Of a stretch of 64,000 nucleotides of DNA, positions 39,401 to 53,655 are shown one piece after another (the first letter of the stretch is position 1; each line of letters opens with the position of its first letter). The stretch lies in assembly GCA_013239625.1 (NCBI GenBank), contig MU057344.1, positions 994,276 through 1,058,275 of the forward strand, in the 5' to 3' direction. Both the position numbers and the translations under genes were made by a program. Source of the stretch: Lama guanicoe. Lineage: Eukaryota. Under the pieces are notes generated by a model. That model saw only the letters and a program-made list of their open reading frames with translations, ran no database searches and had not been told where the DNA came from.

Positions 39401-41655
39401 CAGGCCAGGAGGGGCCCGGGGCTCTCCGTCCTCCCTGTCCAGGTGAGGCCAGGTGGAGACCCGCATGTGGCAGGCGCGACGCAGGGAGGAGGTGAGGCTG
39501 ACAGGGCCACGCAGGCACCTGGGCCTCCCAGAGAGAAAGCAAGAGGAGGGGAACGGGGCCCCTCGTCCAGAGACAGTCCTGCAGGGAGGGAGTGAGGCGC
39601 ACCCGTCACCCCGCGGCCTCACAGCTCCGTCCTTTGCTCGATGAGCAGAGACTTGGGGGCTGGGGTCGGGGGCTCCTTGGTGCCCCACTACAAGTGAGTT
39701 GGAACAAACTGTGAGAAATGTGCGCTGGCCCTTCTCGACGCGCAGGGTGCCTTCCTGTTGATGTGCTGGTCCCCCCAGGGAAGGCGAGGGAGCGCAAGGG
39801 CTCTGCGGCCATGGTGCCTCCCAGGCACACACTGATCCCGCCGGTCAGAAGCCTTCGCTCCCCGGCACACCTGTCTCTCCCGGCCCCCAGGGCCCTGGGC
39901 ACCAGCGCCTACCCCAATGGCCCCGCGGCCTGGAGAAGCCACTCCTCCCTCTGTCACAGGACTCAGCCCGGGGCAGGTGGGTGAGGTCACGCTCACAGGC
40001 CAGCTTGGGGTGTGGCTCTGGTCGCCTGCCTGGGCCCTGTGCGTGTCCCGTGGGCCGGGGTCTCTGGTCTTCGGGTGGCCGGCCGGGGCAGCCGTGGGTG
40101 CCCAGGCCGGCGTGGGGGGCCCTCGCCCACAGGTCTCCGCAGACAACGCCCCTCAGTCCCAGCCAGCAGCAGGGCCCCTAAGGCGTCCCTTTGGCCTGCT
40201 CGATCCTGGGCATAAGCTTCTCGGAGTTCAAAGTGTGACAAGTCCCACTGATGCAAATGCAAACTGTCTTCATGCATTAAGTTCTGACGTCCACGGACGC
40301 TGCGCCCCACAGGGAACGTGGGGCCCGCCCTGGTTCTGCGACAGCTTGGTGCCCAGACCCCTCCTCCCGGGATGCTTGAATGGTCCTTCTGGGTTCACTG
40401 AGCCGCTGGGGTCAGGGCCCCACACTCCTGGACTGTGACCTCCTTGTCGGGGACAGTGGTCCAGGGGCACGAGGCCCGGTGTTTCTGCAGATGCACAGGT
40501 GAGGAGAGGGGAGGCCGGGAGCCGCCGGCAGGTGATGACGCACAGAAGGCCGGCCACCTGCTCTGTGTGGCGAGCAGGTGCACGGACCAGCAGGCCTCCC
40601 TCCGGGAAAGCCAACACGAGAAGGGCAGCCAAGGCGCAAGGAGGCGCCCCAGGGACAGCGGGAGTGCAGCTGCTGGCGGGACCGCAGAGCAGTCACGCAG
40701 GCGGGGCCGTTCCGTGTGCACACCGGGCTGGGTCTCACTGACCAGCAGCACGCCTGCACCCGTCCGTGTGCTCACCTCCATGGCCCTTGGTCAGTCCCCA
40801 GGCTCCACGGAGTGGGCTCCCCGCCACTGGGCATGTGTGTCCCCGTGGCCCACAGAGGTGGGGGTAGCACAAGGGCTCCAGAAAACGCAAGCCAGGAACA
40901 CTGGGGCCCCCACACCCACCAGGAGGCGTCGGGGGGGCAAAGGTGGGAGGCGCCCTCTGACCGCCTGTAAACCGGCTGCAGCGACCGGCCCCCAAGCCTG
41001 ACCTCCTGGCCCCACGGTGAGAGAGGGGAGCCACTCTGGCTTTGGGACATACCGTTGCTATTTTTTAACAGAAGAAGCTTTACCACTTTTTTTTTCAGGA
41101 ATAAGGTTTTTCTAGAACTAGCTCTCCAAGTTTCACTAAGGCCTGTGCATCGAGGAGCCCGGGGCCCAGGGAGCAGAGGGGGTTTTGCAGACGCAAAGTG
41201 CGTGTCCTCCGGGACTCCGGCTGCCCCGGTTCCACGTGCTCAAGGGTGAGCTCTGTCTTTTCAGAAATAAAATCACCTTGAGAAATAAAAGCTGACCACT
41301 GGTAGGTCTGCGGCCCAGGGCAGCTCTGCAGATCCCGGAGCAACGGGGAGTGAGGAGGAGGAGGGCTGAGGGCGCCCTGCGGCCTTGCTCTGGGGCAAAT
41401 GCTCTGAGGGTGGAAATCAGAGGGCAGAGGTCCCTCGTGCCCGAGGCATCTTTGCTACCCACGTGACAGCGTGTTAGGGGCATGTGCTCCCAGACCCGGG
41501 AGGCGGTGACGCTGGGCCAGCCCTCAGATGAGCTCCAGAGCAGGGAGTGCAGGGCCACGGGAGGAGGCGCGGTGGCCCAGAGAGGCGGGGCCGCGGGGCT
41601 GAGGCTGCCGCAGTTGCTCCGTAGCTGAGGGGCTCACGCCCCTTACAAGGGCTCT

Positions 41656-42266
41656 TTTAAAAAATAGAAAGCATAAGTGCTGGGGGAATGTGGAGAAATC
41701 GGAACGCTGGCGCACTGTTGGTAGGAATGGAAAACGGAAAACGGTGTGGAGGTTCCTTGAAAAGTTAAAAATAGCGCTACCACGTGACCCAGCAGTTCCG
41801 CTGTTCCCAGAACTGAAAGCAGGGCCCGAGAGAGCTGCCCGCCGAGCTCTCAGCAGCAACCCGGACAGTTGCCAAGCGTGGAAACAGACCAGATGCCCGC
41901 TGGTGGGCGAGTGGGCGGACATAACATGGCGGGAATGGCCACGTGATGGAATATTACTCAGCCTTAAAAAGGAAGGGAGCTCTGACACCTGCTTCAACAC
42001 GAAGACGCCTGAGGACGCTGTGCTCAGGGAAATAAGTCAGCCACAGGACAAACCTGCTGTGACTCCCCTCACGCGAGGTCCATGGAGTCAGACTCACAGA
42101 CGGGGCAGGCGGTGGGGCCGGGGGCTGGGGGGGTGGGCGGCGGGTGTTTCGCATCTGGAAGCTGGTGGGGATGGTCACACAGCAGGAACCAGTTTGATGC
42201 CGCTGAGCTGAGAACAGTTAAGGTGGTAAACTTCCTGCTACTTGTATTTTACAGGAAGTGAAAAAG
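41656..42266 (+). mobile_element. L1 3'-end fragment (L1MB-like)
   Basis: ORF2 C-terminal remnant VWRFLEKLKIALPRDPAVPL, then gaatattactcagccttaaaaaggaagg and a typical 3' UTR end. Confidence 0.85.
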
Positions 42267-45006
42267 AGAGGGTTCCGCGAAAGCCCAGGAGGCAACTGGA
42301 GGGTGGAGGCAAGGGCGGGGGGCGAGGGCGGAGGGCCAGCCCAGGAGGCGTCCCCAGAGCAGGGGGAGCTGGCGCTGAGGCCTGGCAGCAGACACACCCG
42401 CACAGCTCTGCCCTCCTCACCGAGGACGTAGGGGACCCCAGAGGCCCGGTGTGCTCACCCTGTGTCCACACCATCTAGAAGCCACTCTGCGAAGGTTGCT
42501 GCAGGGACACAGGCATTCAGTGCCCGTGTGCCAGCCTAGGGCCTTCAGGTCACTGGCTGGGACGGTGTGTCATCTGAGCATGCGGCCAGAGAGGTCGGGA
42601 TGTCCCTGACAACAGGAAGGGCAGGCGGGCAGTATTTGAGCCCTGGGAGGCAGAAGCGCCAGGAGGACCCAGGTCCTGGGTCCCGGGGTCTGCGGGGAGC
42701 GGAGGGCGGCCCCCGACTGATATGAAGGCGCCTCCTTCTCACACTTCCTGCCGTTCCCGTCTGAAATCCAGCCCCTTCGTCCACTTGGAGGGAAGCGTCT
42801 CCAGCTCCCAGGCGGGAGAAGCCGCTGCAGGGCCGGGCTGCCCCCTGGCGGAGTGCGACCGGGTGGGCGCTGCGGCAGCCCCCGGTCCCCGCCCGCCCCT
42901 GCTGGGCGGAGCCGCCGTCTGCGGGGGAGGCCCCACCGTGCCCAGACCGCTGACGAGGGCGCTGCAGCCCCACGGCGAGGCCCTGGAGGTGTCCAGAACA
43001 TCCTCTGGGGTCAGAGCTCGCGATGCAGCGGGAGGGTGAAGCTTTTCGGGATTCTCTGGAAGATCGGCCACGCCGGTCTGGTAGTCACACTGGGACGAGG
43101 GGGAGCCTCCTCGGCTGTGAAATGGGAACAGGCACCTCCTGGGGGATTCAGGAGGGTCAGTGAGTCAGAAGAGCGGAAGGCGGTGCCCAGCATCGGGGAC
43201 GGTGTATGACTGAGCTCTGGGTACCAGACACAGGTAACGCATCCACCCGGCCCCGCGAGGTCTGGGCGCTGTGGGGAACTCGGCACGCCGGGATCCCTGA
43301 GGTCCTCTCCTCGGCAGCTCTGGAGAATTCAGACCAACAGCTGTGGCAACCCAGGGTGAGCCCGGGGGCCTGGTCCCGTGAGGTTGGACCGCAGCAGCCC
43401 AGGCAGGTGGCAGCAAAGGGGACGCGGCATCCTGGGAGCCCCCTAAGGAGGAGGCCAGCGGCCAGCTGCCCGGACTGGGGCTGTGGTCCCAGGAGTGGGC
43501 CTGGGAGGTGGGGTCACCTAAGCAGAGCTCTGTCCTCTGAGCCGGTGAGGGGAGCCCGCTGGGGGAGCCCGGGCCACCAGAGCAAGAATGCATGCTCCCT
43601 GACAGGCCACGTTGCCTCACAGGGCCCCGCCGGGCACCAGTTTACCGCCCCTCTGCCCCAAGTCCACCCTTCCTCGCCTGACTCTGCGCTACAGGAGTTG
43701 GACCCTGAGATGTTCTGCTGTGCTGGCTGCTGCCGAGTGGGGCTGTCAACAGCCGGTGCTGCATGGATCCTGCAGGGAAGGGACTTCCCTTGGGCTCCGG
43801 TGTCCACTCCCAAGGCACAGGGTGCGTCCCCGGTGGGATTCTCTGTGCACGGGGTCTCCTCTGTCTGTCGGGAGCTGAGTCTCTGGAGGGGCTGGGCTCT
43901 CCCTGCTCCCACAGGCTGTTCTGTTCCAATCTTCACTGTTTCACACGAGAAACTTGGCAAAGACGTCAATTCAGCTGATTTCGTAATTCTGCAACCCACA
44001 CAACCAAATTCCGTTTCAGCCCTGAGGCTTTGAGAAACGAGGGATTCTTTCAGGGCTGTGCTGGAGTTGAGCCTTCAGACCGGACCTCGTCACCGTCGCC
44101 TTCCCGTGAGCGTCCCAGGTGCCCAGCGCATGCAGCTCTTGGCTCCTGAGGCCCAGATGCAGCTGGCACGTCACAGCCGAGCCCGGCGGCAGCTCAGTCA
44201 CTCGGGAAGCCGCCATGTGCCACGAGTCACCTCTCCCTTAGCGCTCAGCCCAGCAGTCAGGCCTGAGGGCCCTGGCAAGCCGGTCCCCACAGCCCATCCT
44301 TGGGTCTCCTGGGTCCACTTGCACGCTTGCTTTTCCATATTCTGCCTTTACCCCTCTCAGCAGTTTGCCGCCTTTCACTGGCTGACATTTTCACGTCCAG
44401 TTGCTGGTGTCATTTCTGTTGCCTAGGTGGACTCTGGTCCAGGCACCACTGTCCGTCTGACACCCAGGCCCGTGATGCAGGAGCATCCTCTCTGCTGCTG
44501 CTGCCCCCGCCTTGGCCTCCAGTCCTCCAACCAGTCCGGCACCTCTACCTCCAAACCAGCCCAATTTGGATCTACACCCCACGAGGGCTGCCATCACCTC
44601 TCTCAATGAACAAGAACCAGAGGGACCTTCCAAACACAGGGATCAGGGCACCAATTCCTTCCACATTTTCCATGATGGTCAGAATCAAACTCCAACCCCT
44701 CGTGGCTCCAGCGCTATGTGTGGGATCACCCGGGCCTCCCACCTAGTCTTCCCCGGCTCTGCTCCAGTCTCCTCAGAGCCCAGCCTCACCCTTCCACGCA
44801 GTCTCCACATGGTCTCATCATGCCGGGCTGGTGTGCTGTCCCCACCAGCTGGGCACAGGAGCGAGTGCTGATGGGACACGCACCTCAGCTCCCGCCCATT
44901 GGCTCCTGGCTGGCACATGGGCTGGTGTCCAGGAAGGAGAGGGTGTTGACTCTGGGGCCCGAGGGGGTCTCCCCACAGCCTGCATCCCTTTGCCTCGTCT
45001 CACCTA

Positions 45007-45486
<480 letters not shown>

Positions 45487-46000
45487 TCAGCACGCGCCAC
45501 CGGGACCGAGGCAAAAATAGGCCCGGAACAGATGGTGTGAGCTCTGGCCTTGCCAGGGCCCGGCCGGAGGGGCAGGCTGCCTCGGTGCCCGGCGGGTGTG
45601 GTGGCAGGAGGCCTGGTCCTGCAGCGGCTGCAGCCCCCCTCGCCGGGCGCCAGGTGTGAAGGTCTGCAGGATAACGAGGACGGCCTGGGCAGGGCGGGGT
45701 GGGGGGAACCTGCAGATCCCAAGGGCAGCATTTGCAGGAAAACTGCCTCGGATTTAAATGACGCCCAGCAGCAGGCCCAAAAGCAGAGCGTGTGGGAGCC
45801 GCCCAGCTGAGCCTGCCCGCCCACCTGCCCCTCCAGGTGTTTTACTGGGTGGGTAGGTGGGGGTTCAATTTTTTTTTTTTTACAAAATACACACATAACT
45901 AATTTTAGTAACTAAGGGAGAAACTACAGAATCAGATCAAAAGACACAGACTTTCACAGCTGAGCATTCGAAGGGGAGGCGGACCTGGGCAGCCAACTCA

Positions 46001-46426
<426 letters not shown>

Positions 46427-46818
46427 TCAGTTGGCATTTTCAGGGTCTGCACACCCAGGAGGTGGAGGATATTCCTACTTCTTACCTGAGAGGCCGTGGA
46501 AAGACAGAGGCAGCTGCACCTGCCCCAGGGTCTGCTCTGCTCCCCTCAGGCAGAGTCTGCCCACCCCCAGACGTGGCCTCCTGACTGCAAGTGAGGACCC
46601 TGGGGACCCACAGGCCTGGCCGAGTTGCCACCACCCAGTGCGAGGCCAGAAGACCCACCCGGCCAGACGCTTATCCCCAGGACCCAGCATGATAAAATGG
46701 AGACCTGAGTCCCCGGGTTTGGGAGGCTCGTGAGGCCACAGTGGGCGATGACCGTGCCCCAGGCACAGACCTGCACAGAGGGGCTGCACTCCCCTGACCC
46801 CACTCAGGCCCCGAATCA

Positions 46819-47208
<390 letters not shown>

Positions 47209-47464
47209 CTAAGCCCCCAGGTCTGAGTCTGTGGGTGAGCCTTCTCTCCACTGAGGACTGACCGTACTGCCCGAGAGGGTCTGGGGTTCTGCAGACAGGA
47301 ACCTGGCCAAGCTGAGGGCGGCACCACAGCCACCCAGGCCCCAGCTGGCACGAGGCCATTACGAGACAACTTAGGGAAACCAAGAGATGGAAGGCCTTCG
47401 GCATCCAGACGGGAGGTACCAACCTACACTGGGGACTGTTTAGGAGGACGGAGTCGTGGAGCTA

Positions 47465-47578
<114 letters not shown>

Positions 47579-48479
47579 TCATGACGTCACATGGTGGTGG
47601 GGAGTGACTGCTGGGGCCCGCACGCGGCAGGGCCGGGTTCTCAGAGGGAAGAGCAGGCTGGAAGGTCCTGCTGAGGACAGCCGAGGAGCGTGACTGAGCG
47701 TCCTGTCCCAGCCATCAAAAGCACAGAGACCCTGCCCCCGAGGCCTCCTCAGAGGGCCGCCCCACCTCCGTCAGCACAGGGGCAGAAGGAGCGCAAGCCT
47801 GTGGGTGTGGGTGACACAGCAGAGTGCATTTTAAAGAGGGGGACCACTCTGCCCAGGCCAGGATCCAAGGCTCAGACACGAGCCTTCCCGCTTTCAGAAC
47901 AGAAGTGAAAAACACTACAATAAAATTCAAAAGGCTCAAAAAATAGCAGACACTGGCAATCAATGGATATGAAAATAGCTCACAGGAAAATACTGAAAGA
48001 TCAACCCTCCAGCAGAAAACCGGGCGGAGGGCGCTCAGAGCAGAGCCTGAGGCAGACATAAGCCTGCGAGCAGAAGCCCCGGGCGCCAGGCCTGCCTCGG
48101 GGGCGGCGCCCGGGGACTTTCACTCGCTCCTTTCTCTCCTCTGCTGCTTAGATTTTCTACAAAAGGAGGTGGTCTCTATCATCAGGGGAAAGAAGAGCAA
48201 AACCAGAAAGGCAAAAACAAACCAACACTCCAGGGAGAATCTCTGGGTTGCAGCTTCCCCGGCTGAGGGGGCCCCCGAGCCTGTGAGAAAGCAGCATACT
48301 GGGGGGTCTCCCAGCTGAGCACCAGGGCGGCTAGTCCGGCTCTCCAAGGCTGCAGGAGGTGGCCCTTCTCTGGCACTAGTGACAGCTGAGGGCCCAGTGT
48401 GGCCCACCCGCCCCCAGCTCCAGTGGGAAACGGGCTGTCAGCGGTGAGGCTGCAGGAAGAGGCCACAGACGGTCCTCAC

Positions 48480-48551
48480 CGTGTTTCTTTCCTCCTTTCC
48501 ACTCTCCTTCATATCGAAAGAAAGAATTTGGGTACACGTAGACTCCGTAAC
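48480..48551 (-). CDS. MORN1: MORN1 exon 2 (GYGVYVYPNSFFRYEGEWKGGKKHG)
   Basis: 72 nt; ttcag| acceptor, |gtgagg donor; MORN repeat consensus YEGEWKxGxKHG. Confidence 0.97.
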
Positions 48552-49652
48552 CTGAATAGCAAAAGGAGACACACAGGTAAGCACATGACACAGGTGACCT
48601 GGCTGATGACCGGCAAACACTGAGGTGGGGTGGTCTTGGGGCTTTTCCAGGCGTCTGTGGCCCCACCTCCAGGGAACGACCACCGCCCCCCCCACTGCTT
48701 CCCAAAGGGGTCACGATGCTCCTGTTTACTGTCCATCCATTCACAGTTTGTTTGTGCTGCAAACATGCTGAGCTACTCGGTACAGAGAGGCAGGGGAGGG
48801 GTGGGCTAGGACAAGTGAGAGCAGGGTCCTGGAGAGGAGGCAGGGCGGGTAGGCAGGAGGGTGGAGGGGGTGTGGGAGGGAGGGGAGCCTTCTTGGAGAG
48901 GGGACATTTGAGCCGAGCGGAATTAGCTGGGTGAAGGTGAGGGCACAGAGGGGAGGGGACGGCCCACCATTTCTCTGCAGGATCTCCCCACGCCCCCTCC
49001 CCACCCAGGGCCCTCTGGACAAAATCCCCACTTGTACCCAAGGAAGGCCTTCTTAGTTTCGTTTCTTGCCACTCAGCTGCTGGGCACACCGCCCCCCAAC
49101 TCCCACAGTTCCTGTAATGGACAGGACCCCTCTCCCCACCAGCCTCCCTGTTTCAAGGCCAACTTGGAGGGAGCGGCTCTGGGGAAGCATGGGGTTGCCG
49201 GATTCTGGACTCCAGTGTCTGCCGTAAACGAGGGCCGGGTTCTACCTGATGATAATGGTGTGGACTGGGATCACTCTGGCCCTATTTCTTCGATTCTGTG
49301 AACAGCTCCTATCAAACCTTCTGACACCCAAGGCCGCCTTGGGTTCCTCCGGGCTCGGTCCCGAGGCTCAGGCCGGTTCTGCTAGTCTGGGTCCGCCCAC
49401 CCCGCGGGCACTGGGACACGCGAAGACGCGTCCCTCCCAGGGTCGGGGGAGACGAGGGCTCCCGCGGAGGGCCAGCTGCGCTTGGGGAGACGCGCTTGGG
49501 GAGCCCTGCTGGGCTTGGGGGCCGCGGGTTCTGGCGCCGGCTCCTGGATTCGGACTTCCCAAAGTGAAGCGGGAGAGCGCAGCGAGCGTCCGTACACTGC
49601 CTGCCTCCCTCCCATTTCGACGGAGTCCCAGTAGGGCGCAGTCGGCCGTTAC

Positions 49653-49728
49653 CGTCCCGCGGAGGCCGCCCGGGTTGGTCCCTGCGCGGCGGGTGGTAGC
49701 TGGGGCGTCCCTCACTGGAGGACGCCAT
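49653..49728 (-). CDS. MORN1: MORN repeat-containing protein 1, coding exon 1 (MASSSEGRPSYHPPRRDQPGRPPRD-G)
   Basis: ATG at 49728 in context CAAGATGGCG; 76 nt, ending G|gtaacg donor. Resembles the recalled human N-terminus (MAAAGEG...PRRDPPRRPPRNG) and splices in frame to exon 2. Confidence 0.92.
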
Positions 49729-49742
49729 CTTGCCGCTTGAAG

Positions 49743-49757
49743 GTTTCCCTTAGCAAC
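49743..49757 (-). promoter_or_regulatory. RFX X-box (GTTGCTAAGGGAAAC)
   Basis: Imperfect palindrome GTTTCC-CTT-AGCAAC fitting the RFX consensus, 15 nt upstream of the MORN1 ATG. Confidence 0.7.
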
Positions 49758-50019
49758 CACATAGTCCTCCTCCACTGGCTCATTGGTCTCGAGGGGCGTG
49801 GCCTCGAGCTCAGTCTCTGGGCGATAACAATCTCTGGAGTGGAGCTGTCCGGACCCGGAGCCAGAGGACGCGATTGCGCTTGCGCATCACAGCGAATTTC
49901 CGCCGCGTACGTCCCTTCCGCCGCCTCTACCGCCTCGCCAACGGCCTGGGCGCCGCACCGGAAGCGGAAATTGTTGGAGCCTCTTGGCCCCGCCCCGGTG
50001 GCCATCTTGGAGGCCCGGG

Positions 50020-50156
50020 AGGCGGCGCCGCGCAGGACGGAGCGGAAGTGCTCGGCAGCCCCTTCCCGGACCCAGCCAAGCGCCGGCGCGGCCGCCACCC
50101 GCGTCCTCCTTCCCGCGGCGCTCGGGAGACCGCGCTCGGCCGCAGCGGACCGCGAG
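50020..50156 (+). other. RER1: RER1 non-coding exon 1 (5' UTR); start approximate
   Basis: Inside the CpG island; resembles the recalled human RER1 5' UTR (gcggaagtgctcg...gtcctccttcccgcgg...gggagaccgcg); ends cgcgag|gtgccg. Confidence 0.7.
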
Positions 50157-51059
50157 GTGCCGGCGGGCGAGGCGGGGCCGGGCGGGGGGCCCGGGGGCCT
50201 GGGGACCCAGGGCGGGGCAGGAGGCTGGGCCGGGCCCCCGGGGTCGCCGCGGTGACCGGTCCCCCGCCCTCCGCTCTCCGCGGGCGCGTCCTGGGAGGGG
50301 TCGGCTTCCCGGCCCGGGCCCGGGGGCCCTGGGTGTCCTCGCTCATCCAGGGCTGGCCTGCGCGATTTGGGGAGGAAGCGTCGCGATGAAGTTGGGTCGC
50401 TCGGGGTCGCTTCTTGGCGATTCTGCGGACGAAGATCACTAGCGCTTCGGGCTGACTCGCCCGACGGCGCCCCGCGCACCTGCCCAGAGCTGCCCTCTGG
50501 AAGCGTGCCCTGGCGCCTGGGCCTGGGAGTTTCCCGGGGCGCCTGCTTCTCAGTCGAGTTGGTCTTTCACTTCGTGAGGGGTGTGTAAGGCGGCTCCCCG
50601 TAGGTGAATCAAGGTCTCCAGATCCTGTGAGTGCAGGTCCAGGGTGGCCAGGGCAGGTGGAGACTGGAAGGTGGTCACGCTCAGGGGAGGGAGGAGCCAC
50701 CCCCGGGGCCTTGCCGAGGGAGTCTGTGAGCTCTGGAAGGGCAGTATCAGCGGAGGGAACAGCATCAGAGGTTGAAAGTGTGTGAAATTACTGTGCTTGC
50801 GACCCGCAAGGAATGAGGGGAGGGGAGATGAAGGAAAAGTGGTGGGAGGCAAACTGATGACCCGTATGCCAGGCTGCTCCTGTGTGTGCGATTCTCTGAG
50901 GAGTGAGGACCACTCCAGAAGCAGGTGCAGCGATGGCTGGAGAACTAGGCATCTGGTGAGTTTTGCTACAACTCCGCAAGTGACGCTTGTGGTCTCTGCT
51001 TGGATTGGTTTGTCTTGGTTTCTAGTTGGTCTTCAAGTCACTGAGCCTGAAGCAGTTGA

Positions 51060-51500
51060 GCTTGGCAGACAGCTTACTGGCTGCTCGCTATGTGACAGGC
51101 CCGTGTAGGCGTAGGGCCCAGCAGTGGGCCAGACAAGGCTCCCCTCAAGGGGCTTGCATTCTAGTAGGAGGAAACAGAGAAGTACACTGGGAAGAAGTTA
51201 GAAATGCCTGTCACACAAAATAAGACAGGGTGATGTGACCTAAGGGGTCTGTGCCAGCTGGACAGTCACGGAGGGCCTCACTGAAGAGGCGGCCCTTTAA
51301 CAGCAGAGGAAAGAGGACTGCCGGCAGACCAGCTGGTGCAAAGGGCACCCTGACCCAGGAACAAGTCTGACGTGTTTGAGGGAGGCCCGCCTGCTCCTTG
51401 CCTTGGCCTCAGGGCCAGGCCCCGAGCCGATGCTAACGCGGTGGCCACAGAGTCCCCGCCAGAGGCCTTGGAGAGGGTGCTGAGGTGCTGTGCCCCACTG
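51060..51500. mobile_element. L2 LINE remnant in RER1 intron 1
   Basis: gcttactggctgctcgctatgtgacaggc...ccctcaaggggcttgcattctagtagg...ggagggcctcactgaagagg, typical of L2 3' ends. Confidence 0.55.
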
Positions 51501-52257
51501 CACAGACTGGAGTGGGTGTGCTGAGAGAGACTCGGGCCACTGCTAGATGGTGACAGAGCGGGGTTCTGTAGGCGGCCGTTTGGCTCCAAAGTTCATACTC
51601 CTGATGTTGTCAGTGATGGTGAGTCCATCTCAGGTGTGGGGCCACGCTTTAACGCACGTGCCGTCTGTCAGGTGGTTAGGAATCAGCCAACGTGTGCTTG
51701 GAAGGCCTTCCACACGTTCAGGTGGAAGAATGAGACGTGTGGGCAGCTGTTTCTGCTTAGGGCACGTTCTGTAAAGGAAGAGCCAAGTGTCTTCTCTCTA
51801 GCATTGCTCTCAATGCCTCCTTTTAAGTAAAACCACTTTAATGGGAAGCACTTTGGTCTTGAAGAAGTAAGATAAGGAGAAATTCCTAGGGAACTGTAGG
51901 GCTGAGGACACTGCTGATGTCGCTTTCTGTTGGTCAGGCTTTGGCCTACTGGTTGGGTGGCTGGCCCTCCTAGGTAACAGCTTCTAATTTAGCCCCTTTT
52001 AAGATACGGAATTCTCCCCAGTTGAATATAAAAACAAACTTTCCAAAAAGACAGGACCAGGAGCCACAGGTCGCCTGTTCAGTTTGGTCGTGACTCCCAT
52101 GAGAGCAAAGGGCATTTCTGGGTCTCCTTCTCGGCACTCAGCCCCTCTGCCCAGGGCTCCAGGAAGTGGTGGCGTGAAGTCATGGTTTCACTTGGTAACA
52201 CAAGTGTGGCGATGTGTGCGGTGGGACCGCTCAGGTTATTTTAATACCTGAGCTGTG

Positions 52258-52412
52258 TAGTTGACCCTGAGCTACACGGGTTTGGAGTACGTGGGCCCAC
52301 TTACTGTGAATGTTCTTCCTGAAATACGTAGAGTGATCCTGGGATACAGAGGCTGACCGTAAAGTTGTACTTGGATTTTCGACTGCAGGGGCTGGTGCTC
52401 CTGGGTCACCTG
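52258..52412. mobile_element. Tigger2a-like non-autonomous DNA transposon (TcMar-Tigger)
   Basis: Terminal inverted repeats tagttgaccc...gggtcacctg; internal ggattttcgactgc and cccacttac motifs typical of Tigger2 derivatives. Confidence 0.7.
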
Positions 52413-53574
52413 TTCCGCTTGGGGCCAGGACCACGTTGTGAGCCTGCTAGCTTAGTGAGTGCACGCAGTGCGGACGTGCCCGGGAAGTGTGGGCAGGCGT
52501 GGTTCATGCTCCGGCCCTGCCATGAACAGGCCAGTTGATGGGGCAGCTCGGGCATCGTGAACTGCAGCTTTCTGTCCAAATGGGAAGGGCTGCCGTGCCT
52601 TTCAGACGAGCAGACTAAGGCCTTGCCGCTCGGGGGCTTTGGAAGCATAGTCAGAGCCAGAGTCCACTTCTGTTCCCCAGCCCTGCCGAGGTGCCGCGGC
52701 ATGAGCTTGCTTGGCGTCTTCACCGGCTTAGGGATGGCAAGTGACCGGGTCCCCCGGATCCTTCTTGTCCCGTGGTCCAGCGGCGCCGTGCGGGGCTGGA
52801 GGTGTGAGGTCAGGCTGGGCTCCGGCCACCCACTGGCAGAGCTGCTGGACTTTGAGCGAGTGGCCTAAACTGTTTGAGGCCTGACCCTCTTTCATGAAAC
52901 GGGGGTGACAGTGCCCTTCGCTTCACCTGGTGGCCTGGGTTCTTGGAAGCTAAGTCCTCACAGTGTCACACAGAGTCACACAGTGGCTGGAACGGGCAGG
53001 AGCAGATAGGATTACCTCCACACACAGATAAGGAACTGGGACAGGTTGGCTGATTACCTGAGATCACGTGTGACATGGCCTGTTCCTGGAGTGGGACCTG
53101 GTTTTGGGAGGAGCAGGAGGTGCCCAGCTGGCTGCCGGCACAGTGGAGAGCAGGCTGGTCGGGGATCGGGTGGCGCTGAGAGGAGAGAGGGGTACCAAGG
53201 GGGGCCCTGGGAGCGGCCGGAGGCGGTGCTGGGAGAGGCAGGTGCAGCGGTCCACGCAGTGGGCAAGCCCCAGGGAGGTGGACACAGAGTCGAATCCACA
53301 GGACTCCCTAGTCTGTGAGGGTGGCTCCTAGGGCCACTGGCAGAGGCGGGCATGCGCCTAGGGCCGCTGGTGCGCCGCCTGCCCTCCTGGCTCTCTGCCA
53401 GAGCGCATTGCCTGCTTGCTTCTTTCCCCGGCCGACTTGCGGTGGACACGGACGGAAGCAGGGGCGGGGGTGCAGCATGAGCACTGAGCAGACCCGTGCA
53501 GTGGTGCTGGAAGAGGGTGAGGTGAGCAAACCCGTGGGCGCTCTTTGTTTAAAAGTCCGTATTCTATTTCCAGA

Positions 53575-53655
53575 ATGTCCGAAGGTGACAGCGTGGGGGA
53601 GTCCGTCCATGGGAAGCCTTCCGTGGTGTACAGATTCTTCACGAGACTTGGACAG
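53575..53655 (+). CDS. RER1: RER1 (retention in ER sorting receptor 1), first coding exon (MSEGDSVGESVHGKPSVVYRFFTRLGQ)
   Basis: ATG at 53575 after ttccag|a; 81 nt; |gtgggt donor; matches the known RER1 N-terminus. Absent from the ORF track. Confidence 0.97.

Larger units (their letters stand above)
49330..50520. promoter_or_regulatory. CpG island / bidirectional promoter shared by MORN1 (-) and RER1 (+)
   Basis: Very high CpG density. Motifs typical of bidirectional promoters: tandem ETS/GABPA CCGGAAGCGGAA (49958-49969), NRF1-like TGCGCTTGCGCA (49875-49886), YY1-like CAAGATGG on minus strand (49725-49732, 50002-50009), inverted CCAAT (49782-49786), GC box (49793-49802). Confidence 0.92.
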
